A DNA stretch of 64,000 bases from a virus (Duplodnaviria; Heunggongvirae; Uroviricota; Caudoviricetes). Positions 9,740-19,910 of this stretch are shown here, one piece after another. Location: IMG/VR virus record IMGVR_UViG_2851976983_000001, positions 1 through 64,000 of that record; one strand, 5' to 3'. The translations under genes and the position numbers were made by a program. Every line of letters starts with the position of its first letter. Position 1 is the stretch's first letter. The notes below the pieces were generated by a model. The model was not told where the DNA came from, did not search any database, and saw only the letters and a list, made by a program, of their open reading frames with translations.

Positions 9740-10540
9740 ATGCTCACTCCTTCCAGAACGTTCTATACGGCGACTATTTCTGTTGGTGAATTGGGTGTGT
9801 TGTTTTCTCTGTCGGTGTATGTGGTTTCGTTAGTTTTGCGGTGATTCTTCTATGGGGTGTTCTCGTCGTTTTGGTGATTGTTCTTCTCCGTGTATGGAGT
9901 AATGGCAGGTTGGCGATTCCTTTCGTTATTGTGTTTGAGTTGTTTGTCTGGAGTGTGTGAAGGCTTTTGTAGTTATTCGTGTATTGGGTAATGGCGTTTC
10001 CCGTGATTGTTATGTTTCGTGTCTTTTGGGATTGAGAGAAACCTTGCGGTTACAGGCTTCGTTGGGGTTTCAGCGGTTCAGGTGTTTCTTCGCTGTTTGG
10101 GTAATGGCGTGTCGTGGGTATCGCGCGTATGAATGTTTTCGGATTGCCTGTGAAAGTTAGGTTGGTTGTCCGGTAGCCTGGGGAGAAGAGGTGGGTCTTT
10201 TCGGTAGCCTGCCATAAAGAGGTTGGTTGTTTTGGGAATGGCATATGTGTTATTTAGTTGTTTTGTTATGCCTGAAAATAAGTTGTTTATATGGTTGTGT
10301 AACGCAACGGGAACGATTTTGAGCGTGTGTTTTTGTTGGTAGTGTGTTGAGTCGTCTGTGGTGAAAATTGGACGCTGTGGCGCTGTCTGCTGCGTAGAAT
10401 TACGGGTATAAGAAGTGATGTGTGAAAACGTCAATTTTTTAGACCAAATCGGGTGAAAGCGTTGATGTTTCGTTGATCTGTTATTTAGTTGTTTTCTTGA
10501 TTGTATAAACAACTATAACTTATTGATATTTAAGGATGTG
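9740..10540. other. 0.8-kb non-coding region, strongly G+T-rich on the + strand
   Basis: Very few C on the + strand; degenerate internal repeats (GGGTAATGGCGT at 9980 and 10100; GGTAGCCTGG..GAGGTGGG at 10160-10245, related to 7000-7075); track ORFs here are low-complexity artefacts. Confidence 0.6.
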
Positions 10541-10631
10541 ATTGCGGGTATGGAAGGGGAGTAGTGGCGATCAACGGATTCTTATAGAAAAGAATCAAAT
10601 TGTGACCGCCATTATCAATAAGTTACAACCG

Positions 10632-11201
10632 CTAGTTGTTCAGATAAACATTTGGAACACGGACGTAGAAGTTCCTGTCGCCGGTAAGTTCCAGAGTAAT
10701 GTTAATGTCATTACCATTGTCTAGTGTAGCCGTTGCTCTATAGAACTTATCCGTCACCTTGTCCTCTATTGTCACCTTCATACATTTTGGTGCAGTCGAA
10801 CCGTTATTCTCTTTCAGAATAGTTGTCACGAGAGGGCAGGCTGCTTCTTCAAGAGCAACCTCGTCCTTGTGTGGGATGCCGATGAAGATAATCCAAGCCA
10901 GCGACGCAACGATTATGATAAATGGCACTCTGCTGCCTTTTGTAATAGTCGCGCGCTTCCAGAGATAGACAGGCAGGAGGAATACCCCCCATAGAATTGA
11001 AGGTGGTTCACAGCCAGACTCCGATAGAGCCATTCTGTCAGCTACTAACAAACCGATGGTAGTTACACCCCCAATTATAATAGCGTAATTGGTATACTCT
11101 TCCGGCGATACTCCAAAGAAGAAAGGCATGAACGCTAGAATCCACGCATAAATGTTATTCAGAGGTTTTGTTTGTTGGTTCTGGGTTTCCATCACATCCA
11201 T
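10632..11201 (-). CDS. integral membrane protein, hypothetical
   Basis: 189-aa ORF with several hydrophobic helix-length segments. Confidence 0.5.
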   Translation of the reverse strand: MDVMETQNQQTKPLNNIYAWILAFMPFFFGVSPEEYTNYAIIIGGVTTIGLLVADRMALSESGCEPPSILWGVFLLPVYLWKRATITKGSRVPFIIIVASLAWIIFIGIPHKDEVALEEAACPLVTTILKENNGSTAPKCMKVTIEDKVTDKFYRATATLDNGNDINITLELTGDRNFYVRVPNVYLNN

Positions 11202-11353
11202 TCCATCACATAAAAATCGCGTTTATATATTATCAATTTTCTCACTTGTATAACCTAAATACGCATCCGTTTATCAATCCACCTTCCACAAACATCGGCT
11301 TTAGCTATGAAAAATAACAATCTCAAAGTGAAAACCATTATCATAGGAAACGA

Positions 11354-11539
11354 TTAGATGAGATGGTCTAATTCATCATCTATCATTGCTTTAACACTTG
11401 AGTCATTAACCCCGTATTGATTTATGAACCGTTTCAGCTCCGGTGAAAACTGAAGGTAGATATCGTGAGCGTTTTTCACTGTAGGTTCAACGCCACGCAT
11501 TTCAAGCGCCTTTAGTAGATATGAGTCTTCTTTAAGCAT
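11354..11539 (-). CDS. hypothetical small protein (61 aa)
   Basis: ORF in co-directional gene string. Confidence 0.35.
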   Translation of the reverse strand: MLKEDSYLLKALEMRGVEPTVKNAHDIYLQFSPELKRFINQYGVNDSSVKAMIDDELDHLI

Positions 11540-11575
11540 AAATTCTCCGTTGTCTAGTATGAAGCGATTGCCGGA

Positions 11576-11884
11576 TTACCATTGCCAGCACTCTAGCCCT
11601 TCAACGACCGGTGCACCACAATCAAAATGTACAGAGTCAAAGCCTACATCAAGTACTTTCTGAATGTTCGCAATCGCGCCCTCGGATATACCATATCGAC
11701 GCAACTCATCTTTCCAGTCATCGTCCTGTAACCCGGCGTGGACAATGCAACCGTACTCAATTTGTGAAACCCAATCCAGCTCATTGCTTGCGATCATGAA
11801 TCGGCGAGCATCTTCCTCTGATGTATGAGATGAACTGATCAATGCCACCTGGTAGGCTTGGGTAATGTTCAACATTTCAACCAC
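11576..11884 (-). CDS. hypothetical protein (102 aa)
   Basis: ORF with AAACAATTTGTTTTCTT motif upstream (two copies at 11886-11955). Confidence 0.45.
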   Translation of the reverse strand: MVEMLNITQAYQVALISSSHTSEEDARRFMIASNELDWVSQIEYGCIVHAGLQDDDWKDELRRYGISEGAIANIQKVLDVGFDSVHFDCGAPVVEGLECWQW

Positions 11885-12036
11885 TCCAAAACAATTTGTT
11901 TTCTTATGTGGCTTATTATCTCAATCAACAAAAGGTAGAAAACAAATTGTTTTAAGGCTTGTTTAAATCAGGAGGGATTGTGTCTATATGAAAATGCCCA
12001 GCGTGTTGCCGGGCATTGCGAACAGAGGTTGTTTAA

Positions 12037-14070
12037 TTACTTAACCTGGTGGCCAGGTTTAGCACCGACATCCGGGCTTAACAGGAAGATATCTTTCCCG
12101 CCAGGGCCAGCAGCCATCACCATGCCTTCGGAGATACCGAAGCGCATTTTACGCGGAGCCAGGTTAGCCACCATAATGGTGTGACGACCAATCAGTGCCT
12201 GTGGGTCTGGATAAGCAGAACGAATGCCGGAGAAGACATTGCGTTTTTCACCGCCGAGATCCAGCGTCAGGCGTAGCAGTTTGTCAGAACCTTCAACAAA
12301 CTCTGCGTTTTCGATCAACGCCACGCGCAGGTCAACTTTGGCGAAGTCGTCAAAGGTGATGGTTTCCTGAATCGGGTCGTCAGCCAGTGGGCCAGTTACC
12401 GGTGCGGCTGTGGCTTTCACTTCTTCTTTGGATGCTTCCACCAGTGCTTCAACCTGCTTCATATCGATGCGGTTATACAGTGCCTTGAACGGATTCACTT
12501 TATGGCCCAGCAGCGGTTGCTGGATACCATCCCAGGTCAGTTCTGTATTCAGGAATGCTTCTGCACGTTCAGTCAGTTTCGGCAGTACCGGCTTCAGGTA
12601 CGTCATCAGCACGCGGAACAGGTTAATGCCCATAGAGCAAATCGCCTGCAGATCGGCATCGCGTCCTTCCTGCTTCGCCACCACCCACGGAGCCTGTTCA
12701 TCGACATAGCGGTTAGCCAGATCAGCCAGCGCCATGATTTCACGAATCGCTTTACCAAATTCGCGGCTTTCCCATGCTTCACCAATCACTTCAGCGGCAT
12801 CAGTAAAGGTTTTGTACAGTTGCGGGTCAGCCAGTTCGCCTGCCAGCACACCGTCAAAACGCTTATTGATAAAGCCCGCGTTACGGGACGCCAGATTCAC
12901 CACTTTGTTCACGATATCGGCATTCACGCGCTGAACGAAATCCTCCAGGTTGAGATCGATATCATCAATGCGCGAAGAGAGTTTCGCAGTGTAGTAGTAA
13001 CGCAGGCTGTCAGCGTCAAAATGATTCAGCCAGGTGCTGGCTTTAATAAAGGTGCCGCGAGACTTGGACATCTTCGCACCGTTCACCGTCACATAGCCGT
13101 GAACAAATAGGTTAGTCGGCTTGCGGAAGTTGCTGCCTTCCAGCATGGCAGGCCAGAACAGGCTGTGGAAGTAAACGATATCTTTACCGATGAAGTGATA
13201 CAGCTCGGCGGTGGAGTCTTTCTTCCAGTATTCATCGAAGCTGGTGGTATCGCCGCGCTTGTCGCACAGATTCTTGAAGGAACCCATGTAGCCAATCGGC
13301 GCGTCCAGCCAGACGTAGAAGTATTTGCCCGGTGCGTTCGGAATTTCAAAACCGAAGTAAGGTGCGTCACGGGAGATATCCCACTGTTGCAGGCCAGATT
13401 CAAACCACTCCTGCATTTTGTTTGCCACCTGCTCCTGCAACGCACCGCTGCGGGTCCATGCCTGCAACATTTCGCTGAAAGAAGGCAGATCAAAGAAGAA
13501 GTGTTCGGAATCACGCATTACCGGCGTAGCACCAGAAACTACCGATTTCGGCTCGATCAGTTCAGTCGGGCTGTAAGTCGCGCCGCAGACTTCACAGTTA
13601 TCGCCGTATTGATCTGGCGCTTTACATTTAGGGCAGGTGCCTTTTACAAAACGGTCCGGCAGGAACATGCCTTTTTCCGGGTCGTACAGCTGAGAGATAG
13701 TGCGGTTTTTAATAAAACCGTTCTCTTTCAGGCGAGTATAGATAAGCTCAGACAACTGACGGTTCTCTTCGCTGTGCGTCGAGTGATAGTTGTCATAGCT
13801 GATGTTAAAGCCTGCGAAATCAGTCTGGTGTTCCTGACTCATTTCGCCAATCATCTGCTCCGGTGTGATACCAAGCTGCTGTGCTTTCAGCATGATCGGC
13901 GTACCGTGGGCATCGTCGGCACAGATGAAATTAACCTCGTGGCCGCGCATTCGCTGGTAACGAACCCAGACATCAGCCTGGATGTGCTCCAGCATATGGC
14001 CGAGGTGGATTGAGCCGTTAGCGTACGGCAGCGCGCACGTCACCAGAATTTTCTTCGCGACTTGGGTCAT
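12037..14070 (-). CDS. metG: methionine--tRNA ligase (MetRS)
   Basis: Class I aaRS HIGH-type motif ([14 protein letters not shown]), KMSKS, zinc knuckle CPKC...CEVC, C-terminal tRNA-binding domain; near-identical over full length to enterobacterial MetG as I recall it; start set at MTQVAKK (14070), not the 720-aa track ORF. Confidence 0.95.
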   Translation of the reverse strand: MTQVAKKILVTCALPYANGSIHLGHMLEHIQADVWVRYQRMRGHEVNFICADDAHGTPIMLKAQQLGITPEQMIGEMSQEHQTDFAGFNISYDNYHSTHSEENRQLSELIYTRLKENGFIKNRTISQLYDPEKGMFLPDRFVKGTCPKCKAPDQYGDNCEVCGATYSPTELIEPKSVVSGATPVMRDSEHFFFDLPSFSEMLQAWTRSGALQEQVANKMQEWFESGLQQWDISRDAPYFGFEIPNAPGKYFYVWLDAPIGYMGSFKNLCDKRGDTTSFDEYWKKDSTAELYHFIGKDIVYFHSLFWPAMLEGSNFRKPTNLFVHGYVTVNGAKMSKSRGTFIKASTWLNHFDADSLRYYYTAKLSSRIDDIDLNLEDFVQRVNADIVNKVVNLASRNAGFINKRFDGVLAGELADPQLYKTFTDAAEVIGEAWESREFGKAIREIMALADLANRYVDEQAPWVVAKQEGRDADLQAICSMGINLFRVLMTYLKPVLPKLTERAEAFLNTELTWDGIQQPLLGHKVNPFKALYNRIDMKQVEALVEASKEEVKATAAPVTGPLADDPIQETITFDDFAKVDLRVALIENAEFVEGSDKLLRLTLDLGGEKRNVFSGIRSAYPDPQALIGRHTIMVANLAPRKMRFGISEGMVMAAGPGGKDIFLLSPDVGAKPGHQVK

Positions 14071-14227
14071 AGTAGGCATTACTTCTTTGTAGTGAAAAGG
14101 GGCTTGATAGTAACAAAATGGCCTTATGTCTGCCATGTGATAACAGCATTTCTCATAAATGATTAAATGTCGTAGCTGGAGTACACTACAAGGCGACAAT
14201 TGCGCAAATTAAAATAAAGGAGACGGG

Positions 14228-15328
14228 ATGAGCGAGTCCAAATCGCCGGATGCCCTGAGAGCAATGGTAGCCGGTACGCTGGCTAATTTTCAGCACCCAA
14301 CCCTGAAACACAACCTGACTACGCTTAAAGCGTTACACCATGTTGCGTTGATGGATGACACACTGCATGTCGAACTAATCATGCCTTTCGTGTGGAATAA
14401 GCCTTTTGAAGACCTGAAAGAGCAATGTAGTGGTGATCTGCTCCGTATCACTGGCGCAAAGGCTATTGACTGGAAGCTGTCGTACAACATTGCCACGCTT
14501 AAGCGCGTCAAAAACCAACCAGGCATTAATGGCGTTAAGAACATTATCGCCGTCAGCTCAGGCAAAGGCGGCGTGGGTAAATCCTCCACGGCGGTAAACC
14601 TGGCACTGGCGTTGGCTGCTGAAGGTGCGAAAGTTGGTATTTTGGATGCCGATATCTATGGTCCATCAATTCCAACCATGCTGGGCGCGGAAAACCAACG
14701 TCCAACCTCACCTGACGGTACTCACATGGCACCTATCATGTCTCATGGCCTGGCAACCAACTCTATTGGTTATCTGGTCACCGACGACAATGCAATGGTG
14801 TGGCGTGGACCGATGGCCAGCAAGGCGCTGATGCAGATGTTGCAGGAAACTCTATGGCCTGATCTGGACTATCTCGTTCTCGATATGCCGCCGGGCACTG
14901 GTGATATTCAGTTGACGCTGGCGCAGAACATTCCTGTAACTGGTGCGGTTGTGGTAACTACGCCGCAAGACATCGCGCTGATCGATGCGAAGAAAGGCAT
15001 TGTGATGTTCGAAAAAGTCGAAGTGCCGGTACTGGGTATCGTCGAAAACATGAGTGTGCATATTTGCAGTAACTGCGGTCATCACGAGCCAATTTTTGGC
15101 ACCGGTGGCGCACAGAAACTGGCCGAGAAATACAACACGCAGTTGTTAGGCCAAATGCCACTTCATATCTCTCTTCGTGAAGATCTGGATAACGGAACAC
15201 CAACCGTTATTAGTCGTCCAGATAGCGAATTTACGGCTATTTATCGTGACCTCGCAGATCGCGTTGCTGCCCAAATGTATTGGCAAGGTGAAGTAATACC
15301 TGGCGAAATCGCATTCCGCGCAGTGTGA
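14228..15328 (+). CDS. apbC: Fe-S cluster carrier ATPase ApbC/Mrp
   Basis: P-loop SSGKGGVGKSS, CxxC pair (CSNCGHHEP); divergent from metG as in enterobacterial chromosomes. Confidence 0.9.
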   Translation: MSESKSPDALRAMVAGTLANFQHPTLKHNLTTLKALHHVALMDDTLHVELIMPFVWNKPFEDLKEQCSGDLLRITGAKAIDWKLSYNIATLKRVKNQPGINGVKNIIAVSSGKGGVGKSSTAVNLALALAAEGAKVGILDADIYGPSIPTMLGAENQRPTSPDGTHMAPIMSHGLATNSIGYLVTDDNAMVWRGPMASKALMQMLQETLWPDLDYLVLDMPPGTGDIQLTLAQNIPVTGAVVVTTPQDIALIDAKKGIVMFEKVEVPVLGIVENMSVHICSNCGHHEPIFGTGGAQKLAEKYNTQLLGQMPLHISLREDLDNGTPTVISRPDSEFTAIYRDLADRVAAQMYWQGEVIPGEIAFRAV

Positions 15329-15365
15329 TAAAAAGGCGGTGCATTGCACCGCCTAATCAGTTCTC

Positions 15366-15755
15366 CTACATCACGGGACAATCATCAAACTCGCCACTTC
15401 TTGCGTCGTTGATAATGTGAGTGATCACACCAAACACGGCATTGCTGCCCGTGCATCCATCGTCATCCTTTGGCAATGCTTCCTTCTTACCGGTTCTTAA
15501 ATCCTCCAGATGCTGACGTGGATACTTCCGGTATCTTTTTACGCGATATTCCCCATCCAGAGCGCATACAAGCAGAGAACCATCAACCGGGGTAAGTGAG
15601 GAATCGACCACCAGCAATGCACCCTGTAATATTCCCTCACGATGATGACTATCAGCTGCCCTCATGAAGTAGGTCGCTGAAGGATGTCTAATTATCTGCT
15701 GATCAAGAGAAATACGGCTCTCAGCATAATCCGCCGCAGGAGAAGGGAAGCCCAT
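15366..15755 (-). CDS. UmuD'-like S24 peptidase (HumD-like)
   Basis: GFPSPAADY, Ser in DS motif and Lys in RVKRY align with the UmuD catalytic dyad; no N-terminal cleavage arm, so UmuD'-like; LexA box 17 bp upstream. Confidence 0.75.
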   Translation of the reverse strand: MGFPSPAADYAESRISLDQQIIRHPSATYFMRAADSHHREGILQGALLVVDSSLTPVDGSLLVCALDGEYRVKRYRKYPRQHLEDLRTGKKEALPKDDDGCTGSNAVFGVITHIINDARSGEFDDCPVM

Positions 15756-15771
15756 AATACTCGCCTCTTAA

Positions 15772-15791
15772 TACTGTATATGCATACAGTA
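15772..15791. promoter_or_regulatory. LexA (SOS) box
   Basis: TACTGTATATGCATACAGTA matches CTGT-N8-ACAG consensus. Confidence 0.75.
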
Positions 15792-16417
15792 TATGTTGAA
15801 GCTATATATTTTTGAACTCTATCTCTTAAAAAAGATGTTAATAAGATGCTAACTATTGAAAGGCATAAATATATACAATTCCAACAAACGTTATTTTTAA
15901 CAAATTTTTTCTCTCCGTTGACTTTTGCGAAAGCCTTGTCTGGCCTAAATTGCGCGGAAGCTACTTTTTCCTTACAGAGTTATCCACAGAGTTATGCACT
16001 TGCATGTATAACCTATACACACTATCTTAATTCGCAAGACACTGATGTTGCGGTATTGAAGGTTCATTGGGTTAAAAATAGACATTAAAAAGCCCAGTTG
16101 ACTAGGCTGGGCTTTTTAAAAGGAAACAGAGTTTGCGGCTCTGTTCCTGAGCCATAAGTATCTGGCGACTGAATTAAGATTAACCGAATGTACTGGATTC
16201 ATCAAGAAACGTTGAGTGGTCATACCAGGTAATAATGGCCATTTACTAAACATCGTTGTTCTCAAAGAAGATTTAAGTCCAGGTTTTTGGTGACTCTAAA
16301 ACCTTACCTTAACTCGAAATCGTGCCGTAAGTATCTGGCGACTACAGATATTGCAACTGCAAAGGCAAGCCCAAAGGTATTTGCAGCTAGGCGCGATAAA
16401 ACTAAGTGAGGCCTGTT

Positions 16418-16501
16418 ATGGTTAACTTACTGTTCAAAATCGTGCCGCCGATGTTCGCGATTATCAAAGCGATCATTGAGTACGTAAACCAGCGTCCATA
16501 A
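16418..16501 (+). CDS. possible small hydrophobic peptide (27 aa)
   Basis: Hand translation MVNLLFKIVPPMFAIIKAIIEYVNQRP; followed by hairpin at 16510-16545; weak. Confidence 0.2.
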   Translation: MVNLLFKIVPPMFAIIKAIIEYVNQRP

Positions 16502-16556
16502 CGCTAGTTGCTACAGGCCCCATCAAGAGCATGGGGCCTCTTTATCGTACTATTGC

Positions 16557-17183
16557 TTATTTTTTACGGACTGAGTTGTTCACTGCTCTGGCAATCTTCT
16601 CCCGCAATTGCTGCGTTCCGTGATACGTAACCGCAATATCCCGCAACTCGTTCACTAGTTCTCGAATTTGGTGATCTTTAAGCTCATTATTTGGGTGATT
16701 GGTAACAACTCTGGTTAATTCCCCCTTGTCTTTTGCTCTTACGTATGCAGCTCTTGTGCATTCGACCCATGTATTACCACCTACATTAACTTCGTAGATT
16801 AGGCTGGACTTATCTGTCAATTCGGAACAAATACGGGCCGTGGTCTGGCAACTAGAGCATTCGCAGTTATCGCGGAAACCGTGATCTACCGGTCGAGAAA
16901 GAGGTTTAACTTTTTCATCCAACTTCATCACAGCATCGTGATAAGCGTTCCAGCCGTCATCTTTACCAAGTTGATAAATCTCTGAAGGCTCCATGTAGTC
17001 TATATCGCAACCATCTTCATCTGATCTATCTGGTCGTTTCCCTGGTAATCGCTCATAAAAACGATTTCTGTCTCGACGTTCGGCTCTCAGTGCTAACGCA
17101 AGAAGTTGCTCAAGCGAGGTATTCGCACCAGCAATAATTTCATTGAGAATATCTTCTGTGAGATCTTTCGCTACCGTGCTCAT
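16557..17183 (-). CDS. hypothetical protein (208 aa)
   Basis: Last gene of a tightly packed minus-strand string 20614 to 16557. Confidence 0.5.
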   Translation of the reverse strand: MSTVAKDLTEDILNEIIAGANTSLEQLLALALRAERRDRNRFYERLPGKRPDRSDEDGCDIDYMEPSEIYQLGKDDGWNAYHDAVMKLDEKVKPLSRPVDHGFRDNCECSSCQTTARICSELTDKSSLIYEVNVGGNTWVECTRAAYVRAKDKGELTRVVTNHPNNELKDHQIRELVNELRDIAVTYHGTQQLREKIARAVNNSVRKK

Positions 17184-17563
17184 TTATCTCTCTCAGTATG
17201 TTGCGATGGCGTAAATTTGACGACATCAAATATTTTGGATGGCATCAACTTTATCCGCGAGCTTAGTTCGGCTCTTCTCTGTAATGCGGTTAATAATGTT
17301 TTCGTTCTGACGCCTTCGTGTATCCTCATCCCTGGCACAAGGACTACATCGCAGGGGAGATGCTCAGGTGACAAATCATTTTGGGCATCACCAATAAGTC
17401 GTGTAATCTCTCTTTCAAGCCGACCGCCTAGCTCTGTTTTAGTGCAATGTTCTGACCAATCGCCAGCCTCAAGCAGCGCGAGAATGCTTAAAATATCGTC
17501 CAATAGATCAGTGGTATTATCGACTTCCTTCTGAAGCTCACCGGCTACTGATTTATGCATCAT
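17180..17563 (-). CDS. hypothetical protein (127 aa)
   Basis: ORF overlapping neighbours by 4 nt (ATGA). Confidence 0.45.
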   Translation of the reverse strand: MMHKSVAGELQKEVDNTTDLLDDILSILALLEAGDWSEHCTKTELGGRLEREITRLIGDAQNDLSPEHLPCDVVLVPGMRIHEGVRTKTLLTALQRRAELSSRIKLMPSKIFDVVKFTPSQHTERDK

Positions 17564-18213
17564 TCGTCATCCTCATCCGAGTCATCCTCATCACAGAATG
17601 AAAGTAGTGGGCTAGTCATTCGCCCTACTTGAGTGGCGTAGCCACGCCGACAGAGATTGCGCAGCACACTGTATATTTCGAACATCTCGGTTCGTTCATC
17701 GCCAACATCAAGCTCAGATGCTATAGCGTGGCATTCAGTCGCGAGAGCCGATATTTTCTGAAATAACTCTGCATTATTCACTGTTCGACTCCTGCGGCGT
17801 TCTGGTAGTTGCATCCAGTGTGTGACATTGCTAATCAGACCATATTCATTAGTTTGAGGATGGTTGCCGTTATCGTCTCCGTATTTAAGACTCTCCATAA
17901 AGCCATAATGCCTATCACCATTAACGCTCACAAAGCCGTAATAAGCAGGTATAACGCCGATCTCACACGTAACCAGTAAAGGAAAACTAGTTCTCCAATT
18001 TAGCTCGCCAATTACAGGCATTCGCTCACTACAGCTTATCCAACCATCCTTAGATGCGGCTGTATTGGCATAGGCCTTACGGTGCTTCTGTAGCTCTGTT
18101 GCAATCGCTCTCACGACTTCAACTGGTGCCCTTGCAGCAAACTCAATGTTGGTGATCAGCTCATTAAGATATTTCTCGCTTGGGTAGCATTTCTTATTGT
18201 TAATGGTGGTCAT
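17560..18213 (-). CDS. hypothetical phage protein (217 aa)
   Basis: ORF with acidic C-terminus; HWMQLPE-type segment. Confidence 0.45.
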   Translation of the reverse strand: MTTINNKKCYPSEKYLNELITNIEFAARAPVEVVRAIATELQKHRKAYANTAASKDGWISCSERMPVIGELNWRTSFPLLVTCEIGVIPAYYGFVSVNGDRHYGFMESLKYGDDNGNHPQTNEYGLISNVTHWMQLPERRRSRTVNNAELFQKISALATECHAIASELDVGDERTEMFEIYSVLRNLCRRGYATQVGRMTSPLLSFCDEDDSDEDDE

Positions 18214-18410
18214 TAGGCAGCTCTCTCAACAACAAGCAATTCGTCGTAGTCATAATCAGTTTCGGAACCATCCGTACCGAACAGAGTCACTTTGTCACCT
18301 TCCATCCATAAAGATTTAACCGCACATCGTTTGCCTTTAGATGTTATGACCACATCACCTGGGGTTACATCTTCAGCGCGAATTTCTACTGTTCTCATCA
18401 TGCTGACCAT
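18213..18410 (-). CDS. hypothetical small protein
   Basis: Track ORF 18213..18434 overlaps upstream gene; internal Met start assumed. Confidence 0.35.
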   Translation of the reverse strand: MVSMMRTVEIRAEDVTPGDVVITSKGKRCAVKSLWMEGDKVTLFGTDGSETDYDYDELLVVERAA

Positions 18411-18939
18411 CTTTGGTGAAAACGCCTGATGCAATACTGTTTATGATGCTGTCAGTACAGGGAGTAGAAAGCTGGGCATCTCCAGCTATTTTCATGACTT
18501 CGACATCCGCATATCGAATACCGAGGTGTATCAGACCTGCTATACCTGACTTAAGTCGAACATTTTCCAGAAACAGATCCTTTTCCCGCTGTTTAATGGT
18601 CTCCAGCTCAACACGCAGTTTCTCAAGCGTTAGGGCCATCTCTACGTTCTCCTGCTCAAGACGTCGGATGTGTTGCTGTCTTTTATCCAGTTCGTCCAGC
18701 AGTGCAATCACATCGGGATCACTATCATCAACTACTGTTACGCGTGATTTTTCATAATGTTCGTCTGCAAAAGTACGTCCTATCTTAAAATATCCATCAT
18801 CACTCTCACCGGAGCAGGCATAAACGACATGTGCTCCAGATATGCGCTGTATTGACATTTCCTCGCCACAAACAGAGCATCTAGGCGCTGGTTTTTGTGA
18901 ATAACGCTCACGTAACGCCAGGTAGTTAATCTCACTCAC
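18373..18939 (-). CDS. zinc-ribbon plus coiled-coil protein, hypothetical
   Basis: CSVCGEE...C motif near N-terminus then heptad-like region. Confidence 0.45.
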   Translation of the reverse strand: MSEINYLALRERYSQKPAPRCSVCGEEMSIQRISGAHVVYACSGESDDGYFKIGRTFADEHYEKSRVTVVDDSDPDVIALLDELDKRQQHIRRLEQENVEMALTLEKLRVELETIKQREKDLFLENVRLKSGIAGLIHLGIRYADVEVMKIAGDAQLSTPCTDSIINSIASGVFTKDGQHDENSRNSR

Positions 18940-19391
18940 TGTCTATCTCCTTTACGTAGCTCGGCGGCAAAAGCTACTGCGTGATCATGATGTTCAAGTG
19001 TGTATGCACACTCCGCAAACATCTCCACGCCCTGCGCACGTACTTCAGCCAGAAAAGCATCGGTGGCTGGAGTCTCCATTAATTCGCTAACCCAATTATC
19101 TCCGTGTTCCTCGGCACACATCTCATCGAATGCTCGCTCAGATTCTTTCAGGGCTGCATTCTCCGCCGCTAATGCGTCTCTTTGCGCCCGCAACTTCTCA
19201 ATTTCGGCAGCCATGTAGTAACCAACCATAGCGAAGACGGCAAAAGAGTTGTCTGCCTCATCAGGCGACACTGAGGCCATTAGCAGGCCATCGTAAAAAT
19301 CGTGACTCCCATTGGTGATCGCCACCGCATAGGAGTCGTGGTTCTCGCGCTTGTGAATGAGAACTACGGGATTTTCGATTTTGTTACTCAT
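18936..19391 (-). CDS. hypothetical protein (151 aa)
   Basis: Start MSNKIENPV preceded by conserved AGAAAAACAC-ATG initiation motif. Confidence 0.5.
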   Translation of the reverse strand: MSNKIENPVVLIHKRENHDSYAVAITNGSHDFYDGLLMASVSPDEADNSFAVFAMVGYYMAAEIEKLRAQRDALAAENAALKESERAFDEMCAEEHGDNWVSELMETPATDAFLAEVRAQGVEMFAECAYTLEHHDHAVAFAAELRKGDRQ

Positions 19392-19529
19392 GTGTTTTTC
19401 TCTTCTTTGCTGTTACATAAGCACTACCAAGTGCTGGTTTATTTTCACAAATAAGAAAATGTAGAAAACAATTTATTTAAGGCCATAAGTTATGGCCTTT
19501 ATTTATTCATGCAGAAGGATTTGTAGCGC

Positions 19530-19910
19530 CTAATTGCCGGATAAAATGGGTTGAGGTGCTTGCCAGTAAGCTCCACCGTCCCATGTGAACCCCATGCGAA
19601 TAAGAGTGTTTATTGCGGCTTTGGTAGACTCTGATTCGACGCTGACTTTTCGAAACTCTTGAACCTCTTTCGCCAACTTGTATGTAATTGTGCAGGGGAC
19701 GATTGCAGCCCAGCCTTTCTCATGACTGTTAATGACCATCTGGATGTGACCATCCAGAATAGGTTGATCAGGCATGTTATTGAAAACGTCTGCCTGTTTT
19801 TGAATGTGAAGAAAAAGCCTTGCCAGCGCCATTTGCTCACTACGAGACAAGGGATTATCAAGAGGGCTTTTTGCAAAAGCGGCTATACGCTGTGCATCAA
19901 TGCCAAACAT
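19530..19910 (-). CDS. hypothetical protein (126 aa)
   Basis: ORF in operon string. Confidence 0.45.
   Translation of the reverse strand: MFGIDAQRIAAFAKSPLDNPLSRSEQMALARLFLHIQKQADVFNNMPDQPILDGHIQMVINSHEKGWAAIVPCTITYKLAKEVQEFRKVSVESESTKAAINTLIRMGFTWDGGAYWQAPQPILSGN

Noticed and set aside
9264-10512. Minus-strand ORFs 9264..9722 and 10078..10512 in the repeat and GT-rich region
   Set aside because: Translations are low-complexity (Pro/Thr/Asn/His/Gln-rich), lack RBS, and coincide with iterated DNA repeats and extreme strand composition bias; treated as non-coding.
12410-14013. Plus-strand ORFs of 99-282 aa antisense to metG (12410..12709, 12502..13110, 13165..14013)
   Set aside because: They lie inside a highly conserved housekeeping gene on the opposite strand, are low-complexity (Arg/Ser/Ala/His-rich), and are typical antisense open frames of GC-rich coding DNA.
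12037-14199. 720-aa track ORF for metG with a 43-residue N-terminal extension
   Set aside because: The conserved MetRS N-terminus begins at MTQVAKK (start 14070); the extension has no RBS logic and is read-through of the upstream leader.
15846-16088. 80-aa plus-strand ORF between the umuD'-like gene and the downstream operon
   Set aside because: AT-rich, no RBS, overlaps the divergent promoter region with the LexA box; more likely non-coding.
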